A DNA stretch of 64,000 bases, taken from assembly GCA_051530055.1 (NCBI GenBank), contig CM121342.1:12353480-12417479 (forward strand), read 5' to 3'. Under the pieces are notes generated by a model. That model worked only from the letters and a program-made list of their open reading frames with translations, did no database searches and was not told where the DNA came from. Position numbers and translations under genes: made by a program. Positions 50,752-61,445 of this stretch are shown one piece after another. Source of the DNA: Neoechinorhynchus agilis (Eukaryota > Animalia > Acanthocephala). The stretch's first letter is position 1. Every line of letters starts with the position of its first letter.

Positions 50752-51115
50752 GTGTTATTTAGGTATTCACCCGGCAAATAATTTTTTATTAAAAACGTTC
50801 TTAACCGGGTGAAGATCTAACTAACACTCCAGAGGATGGGCGAAACGTCTTTGCTAAAAAATTCTTTACCGGGTGAAGACCTAAATAACACGACTGACGA
50901 AGTTAAAAACGTCTTAAAAAGTTCTTAACCGGGTGAAAATCTAACTAATACTCCAGAGAATGTTCGAAACATCTTTGCTAAAAAAATCTTTACCGGGTGA
51001 AGACCTAAATAACACCCCTGACGAGGACGTTTTTAACAGGATGAAGATCTAACTAACACTCCCGACGATGTTCGAAATGTCTTCATTAAAAAATCCTTTA
51101 CCGGTGAATACTTCT
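50752..51115. repeat. Inverted head plus tandem ~60-65 bp units in alternating A/B order
   Basis: ccgggtgaagatctaactaac and ccgggtgaagacctaaataac alternate; the first segment is inverted relative to the array. Confidence 0.85.
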
Positions 51116-51206
51116 AAATAATAATTTTAATCATATATCCCGGTACCTATTCACATATCGGCATTTCAACAGAACTGTCTTACCCATGTTTTAAAATCCG
51201 TTTTAG

Positions 51207-51949
51207 ATGGGTCATATTAATGTCCTCTATGGAGTGAGTGGCAGTGTTGCCGCTATCAAAATCCCAGAAATACTCAGTCTCATCAGAAGAGAAAACTATT
51301 CAATTATCCTGGTTTTTACTAAATCATCGATGCACTTCCTTAATCCGGGCGACTGTTGCAAAAAGGGGGACGTTTATCGATTGCAGAATGAACGGGGATA
51401 TCCACACGGAGAATGTGTATATTTTGAAGATGTTGATGAGTGGGCATCGTGGTCTAAAAGAGGTGATCCAGTCCTTCATATACTTCTGAGACAATGGGCG
51501 ACGATTTTTGTTATAGCCCCTTTAAGTGCAAACACAATGGCTAGCGCAATGATCCTTTAGGAAATCAAATGTCTATATTACGCAGATTTGGACGCTTACG
51601 GTGGGTAGAAATCCCCAGCGAGGCTTAAAAGGATCTTTGCTTTAAAATCTGCAACGGCATTTGTGACAATCTCCTATGTTCGGTAATGCGTGCATGGCCA
51701 GTTGACCACTACAACCAAGTACTTATAGCGCCGGCAATGAACACGGAGATGTATCGCAATCCATTAACCGATCTGCAAATTACCTTTCTGAAGGACCAAC
51801 TTGGTGTACGTGTATTAAAACCGGTGGTCAAAACCCTAATGTGTGGCGAGCACGGTATCGGAGCGATGGTATCACCTGAATCAATCGTTAAGGCAATTGA
51901 TTTTCAATTATGTGAGCTCGGCGAGCGAGATAATAGCAACTCAGGGTAA
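51207..51949 (+). CDS. PPCDC: Phosphopantothenoylcysteine decarboxylase, interrupted once
   Basis: VLYGVSGSVAAIK, DEWASW...DPVLHILLRQWA, APLSANTMA|KICNGICDNLL, APAMNTEM, LMCGEHGIGAM. Confidence 0.93.
51544..51644 (+). other. Candidate non-canonical intron in PPCDC (101 nt)
   Basis: TA repeats at both ends; inverted ends GCAATGATCCTTT/AAAGGATCTTTGC; in-frame TAG. Confidence 0.75.
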
Positions 51950-52575
51950 CGTAAACTATCTGCTAAAATGTTCGCCGGGGGAAGGGTAGATCAAAAGTTT
52001 TTTAAAAAAAATGAGACTATTCTGCTTGAAGACTGGACTACTCATGCTTGTTTATAACGGTGAAAAATCATAGATGTTATACTAAATCCGATATCAAGGT
52101 TGCTTGTAATTTGCAACCTTGATAAAGCCGTATATCGTCGGATTTAATAAAACGCCTTTGATTTTTCAACTTCATAAATGAGACTACTCTTTAATGTTTG
52201 TATCTGGCATAAAAACTCCAATATTTCGGCGCACAATCTTGCGCGCCTTTATCAAAATTGCTTGTAAGTTTTTTCAACTAAGCACAAGATTGTGCGTCGA
52301 AATATTGGAATCAATAAATTCTTGTAATTTTGACGCCAGATACAAACATGAACAATTCAATCTTCAAACACTACTCTCAAATATGGAAATCTAGTGAGCT
52401 CCGTGATTTCAATAATGCCCAAAGGTGGCTCTCTACAGCCGCGGAAAGGATTGCTTCTGTTTCCTTTGGATCTTTACAAACCTTTAGTTCAAAAATTGAT
52501 GATGCTAAACTCAGAAAGAGTGAGCTCTATTATTGTTGATGCTTATTGATTCTAAAAACATTGAAAATGGTTTAA

Positions 52576-53268
52576 CTACCCGTACATGAGGTCACCATGC
52601 TCTTTGACTGCAGCCTCCAGGATCTTTTCTACCTCGGTTTGTACCCTGTCAACAGATTGTGCCTTTTGAGCGGTTTTGGTTGTCGCTGTTGCCGGATTCA
52701 AGATTGATTCTACCAATCGGTCAATTTCTTCATCGTCCTCATACTCATCAACATCATTAAAAGCGATCTCCATTGCGTCCTCCATCATTTCGTCTGCAAC
52801 ACCCATTTTTAGCATTGTTTTCTCGAACTCTCTCATAGTGGCAGCAAGCTCCGGAACTCGGCTAAGGGCATGAACGCTCTTCATGACCCCAGTTGCCTTG
52901 GAAACACTTGCCGTAAGCTTGGCATTGGCGAGATGTTCACGCAATTTTAGCATAAGACTGTTGATTTCCGCTTTTGTCCGATAGAGCCTTGCTTTTTGCT
53001 TAATCGAATGAACTGTTCCCGAAACCCTACAACAGTCCGTTCATTTTCTGGCTTTTGCGACTTCGAGGGCGAGTACACGAACAGCCGGATCATTGCGTCC
53101 TTGTTTAGCAGTTGACCTAATTGAATCAAGAACCTTGAACTCTTCGCGTTCAATCACTCTAATGTCCTTTTCTAGTTTCCGGATCTCCTGGCGAAGATTT
53201 TTACATAGATTGTCATATTTCTCCTTCAAGCGCTCTGTTGGAGGTTTTCGTTGTAATGCCTTGAACAT
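52576..53268 (-). CDS. CHMP3: ESCRT-III subunit CHMP3/Vps24-like, interrupted once
   Basis: RKPPTE, IEREEFKV...AKQG, LALEVAKARK|QKARLYRTKAEINS, VPELAATMREF...KMGVADEMMED. Confidence 0.8.
52999..53043 (-). other. Candidate non-canonical 45-nt hairpin intron in CHMP3
   Basis: Starts at an in-frame TGA; folds AATGAAC..CTGTT/AACAG-TTCATT; no GT at the required position. Confidence 0.65.
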
Positions 53269-53619
53269 TTGCGATCGATATTTTAGTTGATAGGAGCAGC
53301 TTCTTAGGAAAAAATCGCGAGGAAGAAAGTTGGGAGGAGAAACGGAACACAAGTCGAAAGTCCTTGATGAGAACTATGAATAACAAACAAAAATGTTTTG
53401 CTATTCGCGAGACTGAAAAACGATGATCTTTGGTATTTGTAAAAAAATCGAATAGGAAAATCAATTACATTCGTCGCAGCGCTGGTGCAGGTCGTGTCCG
53501 TAATGTTGGCGTTGTTTACTTCATTCAGCAGCCCAATTCGTCGCATAGTTTAAGGGATCGACCCCGATTTGTACCAAATCGTGGTCATTGCCCCAATAAG
53601 ACGCATTTTGTCGCGTATT

Positions 53620-53800
53620 TTCCTCCGCGAACTTTACTTTTTCCGGCACTAAGGTGTTGCCCCCTAATCGACGCACTTATCATCCCAGATTAGCCATATT
53701 CCTTGTCGCCAAAGGAAAATTGTCATTCCATCCGGTTGCTTGCCATCCGAACGAGAAAATCTGAGGGACATGGACGGTGTTTAAAGCCCTGCTTATTAAA
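53620..53800 (-). mobile_element. CRE-like RLE endonuclease fragment
   Basis: [25 protein letters not shown] resembles the R.DGKRPDG.T..PW..G...WD motif. Confidence 0.7.
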
Positions 53801-54217
53801 CTCCTTAAGGACAGAAGCCAAAGGTGTCCATCTCGTTTCGCTGTGAACTTTTATTACAAGTTTTCTCTAATGAGGGAGGCTACTACTGGAGTAAAACCTT
53901 CCTCAAGGGGAACGCCGCCAGCATTATGGGCAAAAGGATATTGACCGATGAATTTACAGTAGGAACAAATAATCTTCGAGTCGCCTTTGTCTTCAATCCA
54001 CCCCGTGGAAAATTAAAAAAGGATAATGTTTGCGACAGAAGAGCACTATTAGGACAGTTAGCATTATGAATAATAAGGAAAACGAGTTCTGACTGGTTAT
54101 ATTTTAGCAAGATGACATTTCGGAATGAGCTCGGTTTGTCTTTAAGCCAAAATTTCAATGCAATTTTTAAAAGTGGTTTATCGCATTTTATTTAATAATC
54201 ACTCAGAGTCAAATATT

Positions 54218-55336
54218 AAAGGTTCTGTGGCAACTTAGGCAATCTTCATTTTCGAATGTAATATATTCAAGTAATCTTTTCCCAAAACAAAGCGATGGTT
54301 AAAACTCGATTTTAAAAACAAAAGCAAAATTCGATCGTCTTGACAAATAACGTGTATAAAAGCGCTTTATTTGTTTACAATATAATCAAGATTGAGCGTC
54401 TTTATTGTTTATTGTTGTTTGCACATCACGCAAAAATAGTTAAGTCTCTTGAGTTCATCTATTCTTGTTCGAAATCATCTCGTATCGCCGAACAGAAATG
54501 AGTATTCAAATCGCGAATTCATTGGTACAAGGAGTTGTGGAGTCCATGAAACGAGACATTTGTATGACCACCGGACGTTCCGGATGCTGTGATATTGTTG
54601 CTACAAGATATATTATTGGCGCTATGGAAGGAAATGGTTTTCCCATGAGCATCAGGGTAAGCTTCTTTATCGTATTTGAACCTATTCCTTCCGCTTCGTC
54701 CGTCTCCAGATCCGTCTCAATGGCTGTGACTATTATGACATTGAAGCAAATATCACATATGAACAAAATTCGGAATTCAAGGCCGAGTTAGTCGAGGTGG
54801 TTGCCTCTAATGTTGATCCTGCTGCTATCCTCAGTCCACCAAGCTAGTTCAGGAGTCGATGAAAGTAGTTTACTCTTTAGTTTTTAGTATTAGATCTTTT
54901 ACTTGCGAGTAAATCCTTAGTAGAGAGTATCTGAGCGAAGGGGAATGCAGGGTGAGATCAATCGATTAATTTTTCTAAATAACGTGATAATAAGTTAATT
55001 ACCTGGTACATTATTAAAAATCAATTTTTAGTTGCCATCGTTCCTCCCTAAGTTTATCAAACATTCATTTCGTGAACTCAAAGCATAATTTTCGCGCATG
55101 ATGATAATGAGAATCCCAACGCATTGCTGAAAATATCTACATCTTTTCGTGGAGTAATATCGGGAACTTGTAAAACAAAGTTTGCAACCGTCTACCGTGT
55201 GCATTTTGCTAGCCCTCTGAGTTCTACTGTTTAAATATATCCAGAAAAAGGTCCCCAAACAACGTCGCTACGTTTACAGTTAATTTTCATTTACATCAGC
55301 GGATTCAACGAATGGTTCACAATTTGAATCGCGTAG
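54218..55336 (+). repeat. 1119-bp direct duplication, copy 1 (copy 2 at 61446-62564)
   Basis: Colinear, about a dozen substitutions by eye. Confidence 0.95.
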
Positions 55337-55817
55337 AGTAAGCGAAAACACCCATTACACGATTCAATTTTTATGAAAGATCACGTGGATCACCTTAGCA
55401 GTTGAGGTAGTCATCTAATCCCGAGCTTTTGTGTCGCTATTATCCCAGATGCAATTGAACACTTTTTGACATATTCTCATAGCGCTTTTCGCGTCAATGC
55501 CGGTCCCACGGTTTTGATATAAGTTAAACTTTCGTTTTTCGGTGAACGCTTGTTCATGGAGGCCGTCAACCACTAAAAATTGACTGATAAGCCTACTGAC
55601 AAGAACAAAACCGTTAAACAATAAAAACCAATTAATTGGACCTAGATTAAAATCTTTTAATTCTCATTAGGAATTCGTCGTCTAATCAGTCACACTAAGC
55701 AGATGATCTCATGTTTTTCATTTGAAGACTGCATCCTTTAAATAGTTTCCTTCGGTGGATAAAATTGTGGAACATACCTATTTTATAGCAACACAACTCA
55801 CCGTTTTTGATTTTGCG

Positions 55818-58088
55818 ATGGTCCGCGCTTCAAACCAAGATCCTCACGACTTTAACGGAAGAGCTCTGAAGCCCGCATCGCAGTTGATGATTCATCCGAA
55901 TTCGGATACCTATGAAGGTCTTAACGTTTTGCCATGCCATGAATACATCTCAATAGCTATTGAGTCTAGTCCCCAAAAACGTCTTCTCCTACGAGAAATC
56001 TACGAATGGTTATTTAAATACATCCCATATTACAACCGGCGAAACCGTCCCGACCAGATTAAATCATGGCAAAATACTGTGCGGTATAACTTGTCCGTGT
56101 ATAAACGTTTCCTTCGTATTCCTCATCCCAACCAAGTTCATGGGTCCTGGTGGACCGTGGATCGTCGTCGAACTGGCATTCGCCGCTACGGACGACAGCG
56201 TCAATACCTAATGCATAATGAATATGATGAACTTTCCCAAGTTGACTTGGCAGCGATCCACACACGATTCCGTGGCATTTCCTCAGAGGAGCACCACGAT
56301 TGGATCCAAACCGGCTATCGCCACACGAACGAAACGGGATTGTCGAGGGGAGCTTCTAAAGTAGACACTATGACTTTCAACTATGCCGATTTGATGAGAG
56401 ACAATCCTATTTACGATAGTGCAAACTACAACCCTCAAGCAAATAATTACGGGAACCTTTGCTTCGTCGTAGAAGGAAGTAGCCTTCAAGAAAACGAGGA
56501 AGGACTGTTGTCGCAACCAACTCTGAAGGACAAATCTAGGCAAAGTATCTTTCAGGAGTCAAGACTTTATCCTTTACAATCTGAATACCTGGCTGTGAAA
56601 CGAGAGCCAATCGATGTTAGCCCTGAAGGCCAGCACTTGGAAAGTTCTGAACAAAATAATTATCACTTTCATCAGTCGTCAGTTGAGCATTCGATTTACG
56701 AGAGACATGATATGCGAACTCAGCAAAGAATTGATGGCACGAATTTCGAACTATTGGAGAGGAAACGAAAAGCCGAGAACGTTAGTTCAGATGAACAACA
56801 TCTTGAAGAGCCTCCACCTAAGGAATACTGCGCTCGAGGCCGTAATATTCGGCCTTCGACGGAAAAGTTCAATTGCATCACAAGTGTTGAGCGAGCTGTT
56901 CAAGATAATGATACTATGTTCTACTATGAGCACATGAACCCGGAATCTTTGGCAATTAAACAAGAAGTTACTGACGCTGATTCGACCTCCCCGCGTTCTT
57001 TGAGTATTTCTGCACAGGCTCATATCGATCGAAAGCGCAATTCACTTAGTACCCTAGAGACACAAACGAACCAAGAATTAGGAGAAGCATTTGAGTATTT
57101 TGGAGACTACATTGGATTGAAGGGTGCTAAACGTACTAAAAAGGAAGCACAAGATTCGTATCGAGTTAATGAGACTCATGACTCTAACTTATCGAACCAA
57201 CAGTATGTTCCAAGACGTCGTGGACGACCTCCAAAGTACGAGCGTAGATGCGGGCGGTACAATGAAGGATTTTCACCCGAATACAGAGATGAGTTAAACT
57301 CAATCCGGCGGCACGCGGCACCGATTTTTGATCCTATTGATCAGAATAGTAACGACAAAATCATCACTGAACAAAAGCGAGGTGTCAATTGCAGCCACTT
57401 TGAAAATCAATACCTTGGCAATTCATTTCCGCTCGACAGCACTTCATGTGCATCTACCAGGACAAATCCTTATTTCCCAAAGCCGGGGAAATTAAATCAC
57501 CTCAGTCAATGTCTGAATCAAAATGAAAATGGGGTTCGGCCGCGCTTTGGTTCTTATTACAGACCGCATTCTACTTGGAATCAGTCAAGTGAACAGATCT
57601 CTTTTCCATACACCGATTCGATTGGCCCATTTGAACAACATTGCGCAAACAACGACTCTGAGCTGTGGCACACTAGTGTTTTTCCCGAAGTCTATCCGCT
57701 TGTACATGGAAGCGGACCAGGCTTTGCGCCTGCTAATAACTCTGGCGGTCAACAACAAGCTCCGTTTATGACCCAGCATTCCTATGAAACTGGTCAGGCA
57801 ATTCAAAACGACTCAAACACTTACTGGACCTGTAATTCTCAGCAGTTTAGATCTGGCTTTTGTCCACAACGATTTGTACCAACCGACAACAATATTTGTT
57901 ACGAAGTAGATAACATTCAAACTCAATTATCTAAAGACTTGCGTTTTCAAAACATTCAAACTAATGACAGCCAAATTGAAACTTGGAAATCGAATTTTAC
58001 TAACGATCAGAATGCACAGGTTACTACAAATTCTAATGATGGAATTAGAAATGACGAACAATTGGGTCAGATTCTTGACCAAATGTAA
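55818..58088 (+). CDS. Divergent single-exon forkhead-box transcription factor
   Basis: YISIAIESSPQKRLLLREIYEWL...IPYY...SWQNTVRYNLS...RF.RIP...GSWWTVD; AT-hook-like RRGRPPK. Confidence 0.9.
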   Translation: MVRASNQDPHDFNGRALKPASQLMIHPNSDTYEGLNVLPCHEYISIAIESSPQKRLLLREIYEWLFKYIPYYNRRNRPDQIKSWQNTVRYNLSVYKRFLRIPHPNQVHGSWWTVDRRRTGIRRYGRQRQYLMHNEYDELSQVDLAAIHTRFRGISSEEHHDWIQTGYRHTNETGLSRGASKVDTMTFNYADLMRDNPIYDSANYNPQANNYGNLCFVVEGSSLQENEEGLLSQPTLKDKSRQSIFQESRLYPLQSEYLAVKREPIDVSPEGQHLESSEQNNYHFHQSSVEHSIYERHDMRTQQRIDGTNFELLERKRKAENVSSDEQHLEEPPPKEYCARGRNIRPSTEKFNCITSVERAVQDNDTMFYYEHMNPESLAIKQEVTDADSTSPRSLSISAQAHIDRKRNSLSTLETQTNQELGEAFEYFGDYIGLKGAKRTKKEAQDSYRVNETHDSNLSNQQYVPRRRGRPPKYERRCGRYNEGFSPEYRDELNSIRRHAAPIFDPIDQNSNDKIITEQKRGVNCSHFENQYLGNSFPLDSTSCASTRTNPYFPKPGKLNHLSQCLNQNENGVRPRFGSYYRPHSTWNQSSEQISFPYTDSIGPFEQHCANNDSELWHTSVFPEVYPLVHGSGPGFAPANNSGGQQQAPFMTQHSYETGQAIQNDSNTYWTCNSQQFRSGFCPQRFVPTDNNICYEVDNIQTQLSKDLRFQNIQTNDSQIETWKSNFTNDQNAQVTTNSNDGIRNDEQLGQILDQM

Positions 58089-58629
58089 GAATTTTACGTC
58101 TTATTGAGCAGCAATTTTCGGCAAAGTCTGCTCGGGATTATTGTTTGGTTGCGCTGTTATGGGTTTTTAATAAAGTAGCGCAGGACCGAATTCACGCTCT
58201 AAATGCATTTCGGAGCTAGTTTTCGAATAATTAGTAGTTCTTCAGTCTGTTTAGAAATCTTATATTTGCTAATGGTAACTATATACCAGAGCAGTCATTA
58301 CTGCTGCACTTTTAAATATCGGTATTGTGCTCATTGCGTTTTCCTGTGCGGCCAAATCCAGTGCTTGCATCCTTAAAAACTACACAGTCATGCAAGAAAT
58401 ATGTTGTGTCAAACGACTCACATCTCCAATTATCTATCAAATCTATTGAAATCAGGTCTGTATATTTCAACTGAAGGAGAAGGCGATTTAGAAGATTCGA
58501 GAATGATCATGTCAGCGGCTCAGTAGAAATTTAAGCGAAATAGAAACGATAGGTCTTATATTTTAGCGAAACTGCAATGATCTATGAAGAGGTGAAAGTG
58601 GGGAAAAATTATATATCCAAGAATCACTT

Positions 58630-58676
58630 TAATTGAAATACTTCGTCCAATCACGCTGGATTTCTTCAGTCAATTA
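58630..58676 (-). ncRNA. Mutated hammerhead copy in a pLTR-like direct repeat
   Basis: Copy of 59277-59323 with GAAA changed to GAAG and a stem II mismatch. Confidence 0.55.
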
Positions 58677-59276
58677 TTGTTTGCAAGTATTTTTCAACTG
58701 TGAATGCGTGAGTTATCGCATAAAATAAATTCTCTAATCAAAAGCAAGTTTTTTCTAAAGTATAGAGATTCTTGAATTGATGAATGAATAATAAGTTGAA
58801 GCGTAGAATCACAAGTCATGTCTTTTCGCATCCAACGTAGTCCAGTTAAATGAAATTATTGACTATGAACGAACTCTTTCAGTGTGTGGTTTCTGAATCA
58901 CTTTTTATTCATAAGTCATTATAGTGTGGATTAAAGAAAGGGTGCTTCCAATTCTAACATTAAAGCAGAAATCTTAATGTTTAGAATTTGGTTCTAAAGT
59001 CCAAAATGACCATCGGAGTGCAAATTATCAATTTTTAATATTTAGCAATGTAAACAGCAGTTTGCAATAAATTATTCCCGAATACAGAACGTGTAGTGCT
59101 TTATTAAGGATGGCATTTGATTTGCTATCAGAAATTGAAGGACGAGTATTACTGAAAGCCCGATAAATCTCATTCAGGAAACTCGTGTATCATTGAATAC
59201 ACGTAATCTTCGCACTACGTAACACTTCGTTAACACATGTGGAAGCGGGGGAAAAAATTATATCCAAGAATCACTT

Positions 59277-59323
59277 TAATTGAAATATTTCGTCCAATCA
59301 CACTGGACTTCTTCAGTCAATTA
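59277..59323 (-). ncRNA. Minimal type I hammerhead ribozyme at a PLE 3' end
   Basis: TAATTGA-CTGAAGA-AGTCCA-GTGTGAT-TGGAC-GAA-ATAT-T-TCAATTA: perfect 7-bp stem I. Confidence 0.75.
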
Positions 59324-61400
59324 TCTAAAAAGGAATTAGGCAACCTCATTGTCTTATTGGGAGGTATCCCCAACCTTAGGGAATAACCTGTCTTATTTCC
59401 CTCGAACGTATTGGCTGCCTGAATGAACATGGCTTCGATAATAACACGCTCAACCTTATGGTCATTGCGTTCCAACAAATATGCGTCGTTAATATCGATC
59501 TTATGGCCCGCATTCAGAGAGTCGGAAACCAAAGCGGAGTTCATATCCTGTTTCCTCAGTTAATAGCGATGTTACCTCATCCTCCTCCCAGCATCGATCA
59601 CAATCCGAGCAAAGTATTCTATATACCGCACCACCTGGGCATTCACGATTGCTCGGACAGATCAGACCATGAAGATTCTTCCTTCGTTTGGAATAGACGA
59701 GAGTACGTTTGCACTGGTGGCCTGCCAATAAGACCCGGATAAACTCTGATAGGAGGAATCGTCAATAAACGGCAACTCAAGAACGCACGGTCCTTATCCG
59801 ATGTCACGACTGTCGGCCTCCCAAACCTAGCGCTCCTGATCGCCTTCCTAACCAGATTCACCACACCGGATCCACCAAATGAGGACCCAAAGGTACATGG
59901 ATCCTCTTTGTGAATCACCAATAAAACGTGTTATTATTATAACCCTTCTGTCCTGATAAATCCAGGATAAAATCCAGTTCATGTTCGAGGTCAGTACTCG
60001 AGCTGCAATAAGCAAAGGGAAACAAGACAATCTTTATTTTATATATTTTGACAATCGACCGGAACGAGACTTATTTTTATTTTATTTTGGTCGAGCTTTA
60101 GTCGTTTTACGACTTCGACAGGGCCGTCTAAAACACAAGGTGGAAAGATTATGCGAACTCACAATAACATCATGGACGTGGACAGTTCGTCGCTTTTATT
60201 GATGAGGTGTGCCTTTATTTTCTTCATCCCCTTGTTGAGCACCTTCACGAGTCACCCTTTTCGTCTCACGAGAGCTCAGTAGAGCCTCCGCGATCGCCAT
60301 ATCCACCGGATCCAGGGCAATATACCTGATCTTCGTGGAAAGCGCAAATAATGCTCGGCCCACGGTGTCGTTTTGTGCGATGGTGCATTGTGGTTCAGCG
60401 TATTGCGGACGTGTTCAGTGACGCGTTTGTACAACGATCTTTCTGTTTTTCCGATATAGGAATACTTCCGATTGACATCTGCCTTGCATCGTTCGTACGA
60501 GATTTCATAAACGACGTTGTTACGGCCACATAGAGATATTCCCCCTCGTTCTCCCTTCTTGTCCCTGCATAAGCCGGACGAATACCTGCACATCATGCAT
60601 GATTTTGGGAATTCAATAGACGATTCATGATGTCTTGTCCTCGTCAGTATTCGGTGCAAGGTGGGTGCATTTCGGTGTACTAAGCGTACATCCAGTCCCG
60701 ACTTTTGCAGGAATAGTTTAACACCGCTCGTAAATTGCTCGCTGACAAACGGTATCTTCAGAATCGGCTTGAGCTCGGACTGATTCTTGGTAAAAACCAT
60801 CGCTTCCATGCTGATTTACCCTTTCTGAACGCATTTGAAGCCGATGATTTCTTCACTTGAATACCCATTATCAGCAAACAAATCATTGACCTTCTGAACT
60901 GCTGAACGTTTTGCATCGGATAATGAGCAACTTCGTGCGGTATTATGCATCTGGGCGTAAATTGCCTGCTAAATCACCCAGGGGTGATGGGAATCGCGAT
61001 GCATAACTATTGCCTTCCGGCACGGCTTACGATACCAACTGAATTCCCTTAGATCGTTGACATTAAACAGCAAGTTCAAGAAAGGAAGGTAATCCGACGG
61101 ATTGTCTTTAGTTACTTTTATTCGTCGTGTTGCATCCATCGAGTTCAACCGACGCTAAACGTCGCTCACTTGATCATCTTCTGTGTAGGTGAACAGAACA
61201 TCATCCACATAGCGGAGGTAAATCTGACTCGACACTAAGTGTGGAAAGATGCTCTGCGTTTCCAAATCGTCCAGGAAAATGACAGTTAGGACGGGTGCTA
61301 AACTATTACCCATGGATAATCCGTGAATTTGTCGATAGAGGCGGTTCCCGTATTGAAAGAGGTTGCACTCTAGCACTACCCGTGTGAGGATGAATCACAT
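59277..61400 (-). mobile_element. Two adjacent degenerate Penelope-like elements
   Basis: RT GLSMGNSLAPV...LRYVDD; thumb; GIY-YIG NVVYEI...YIGKTER...RVTEH; second endonuclease AVYRILCSDC...IIEAMFI. Confidence 0.88.
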
Positions 61401-61445
61401 TGGCTTCCCCCTAAGGCTAAAATGGAAAACTTCGTTGCACAGCGG

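Noticed and set aside
50800-51110. Functional hammerhead ribozymes in the ~62-bp repeat
   Set aside because: No stem I can be formed and the core is often CAGA or CCGA instead of CTGA.
51544-51560. ATGATCCTTT as a U12-type 5' splice site
   Set aside because: Imperfect match to RTATCCTT, offset from the required junction, and absent from the other four inserts.
54465-54791. ORFs in the duplicated segment as a real gene
   Set aside because: No recognisable domain, start context or splice chain; they appear twice only because of the duplication.
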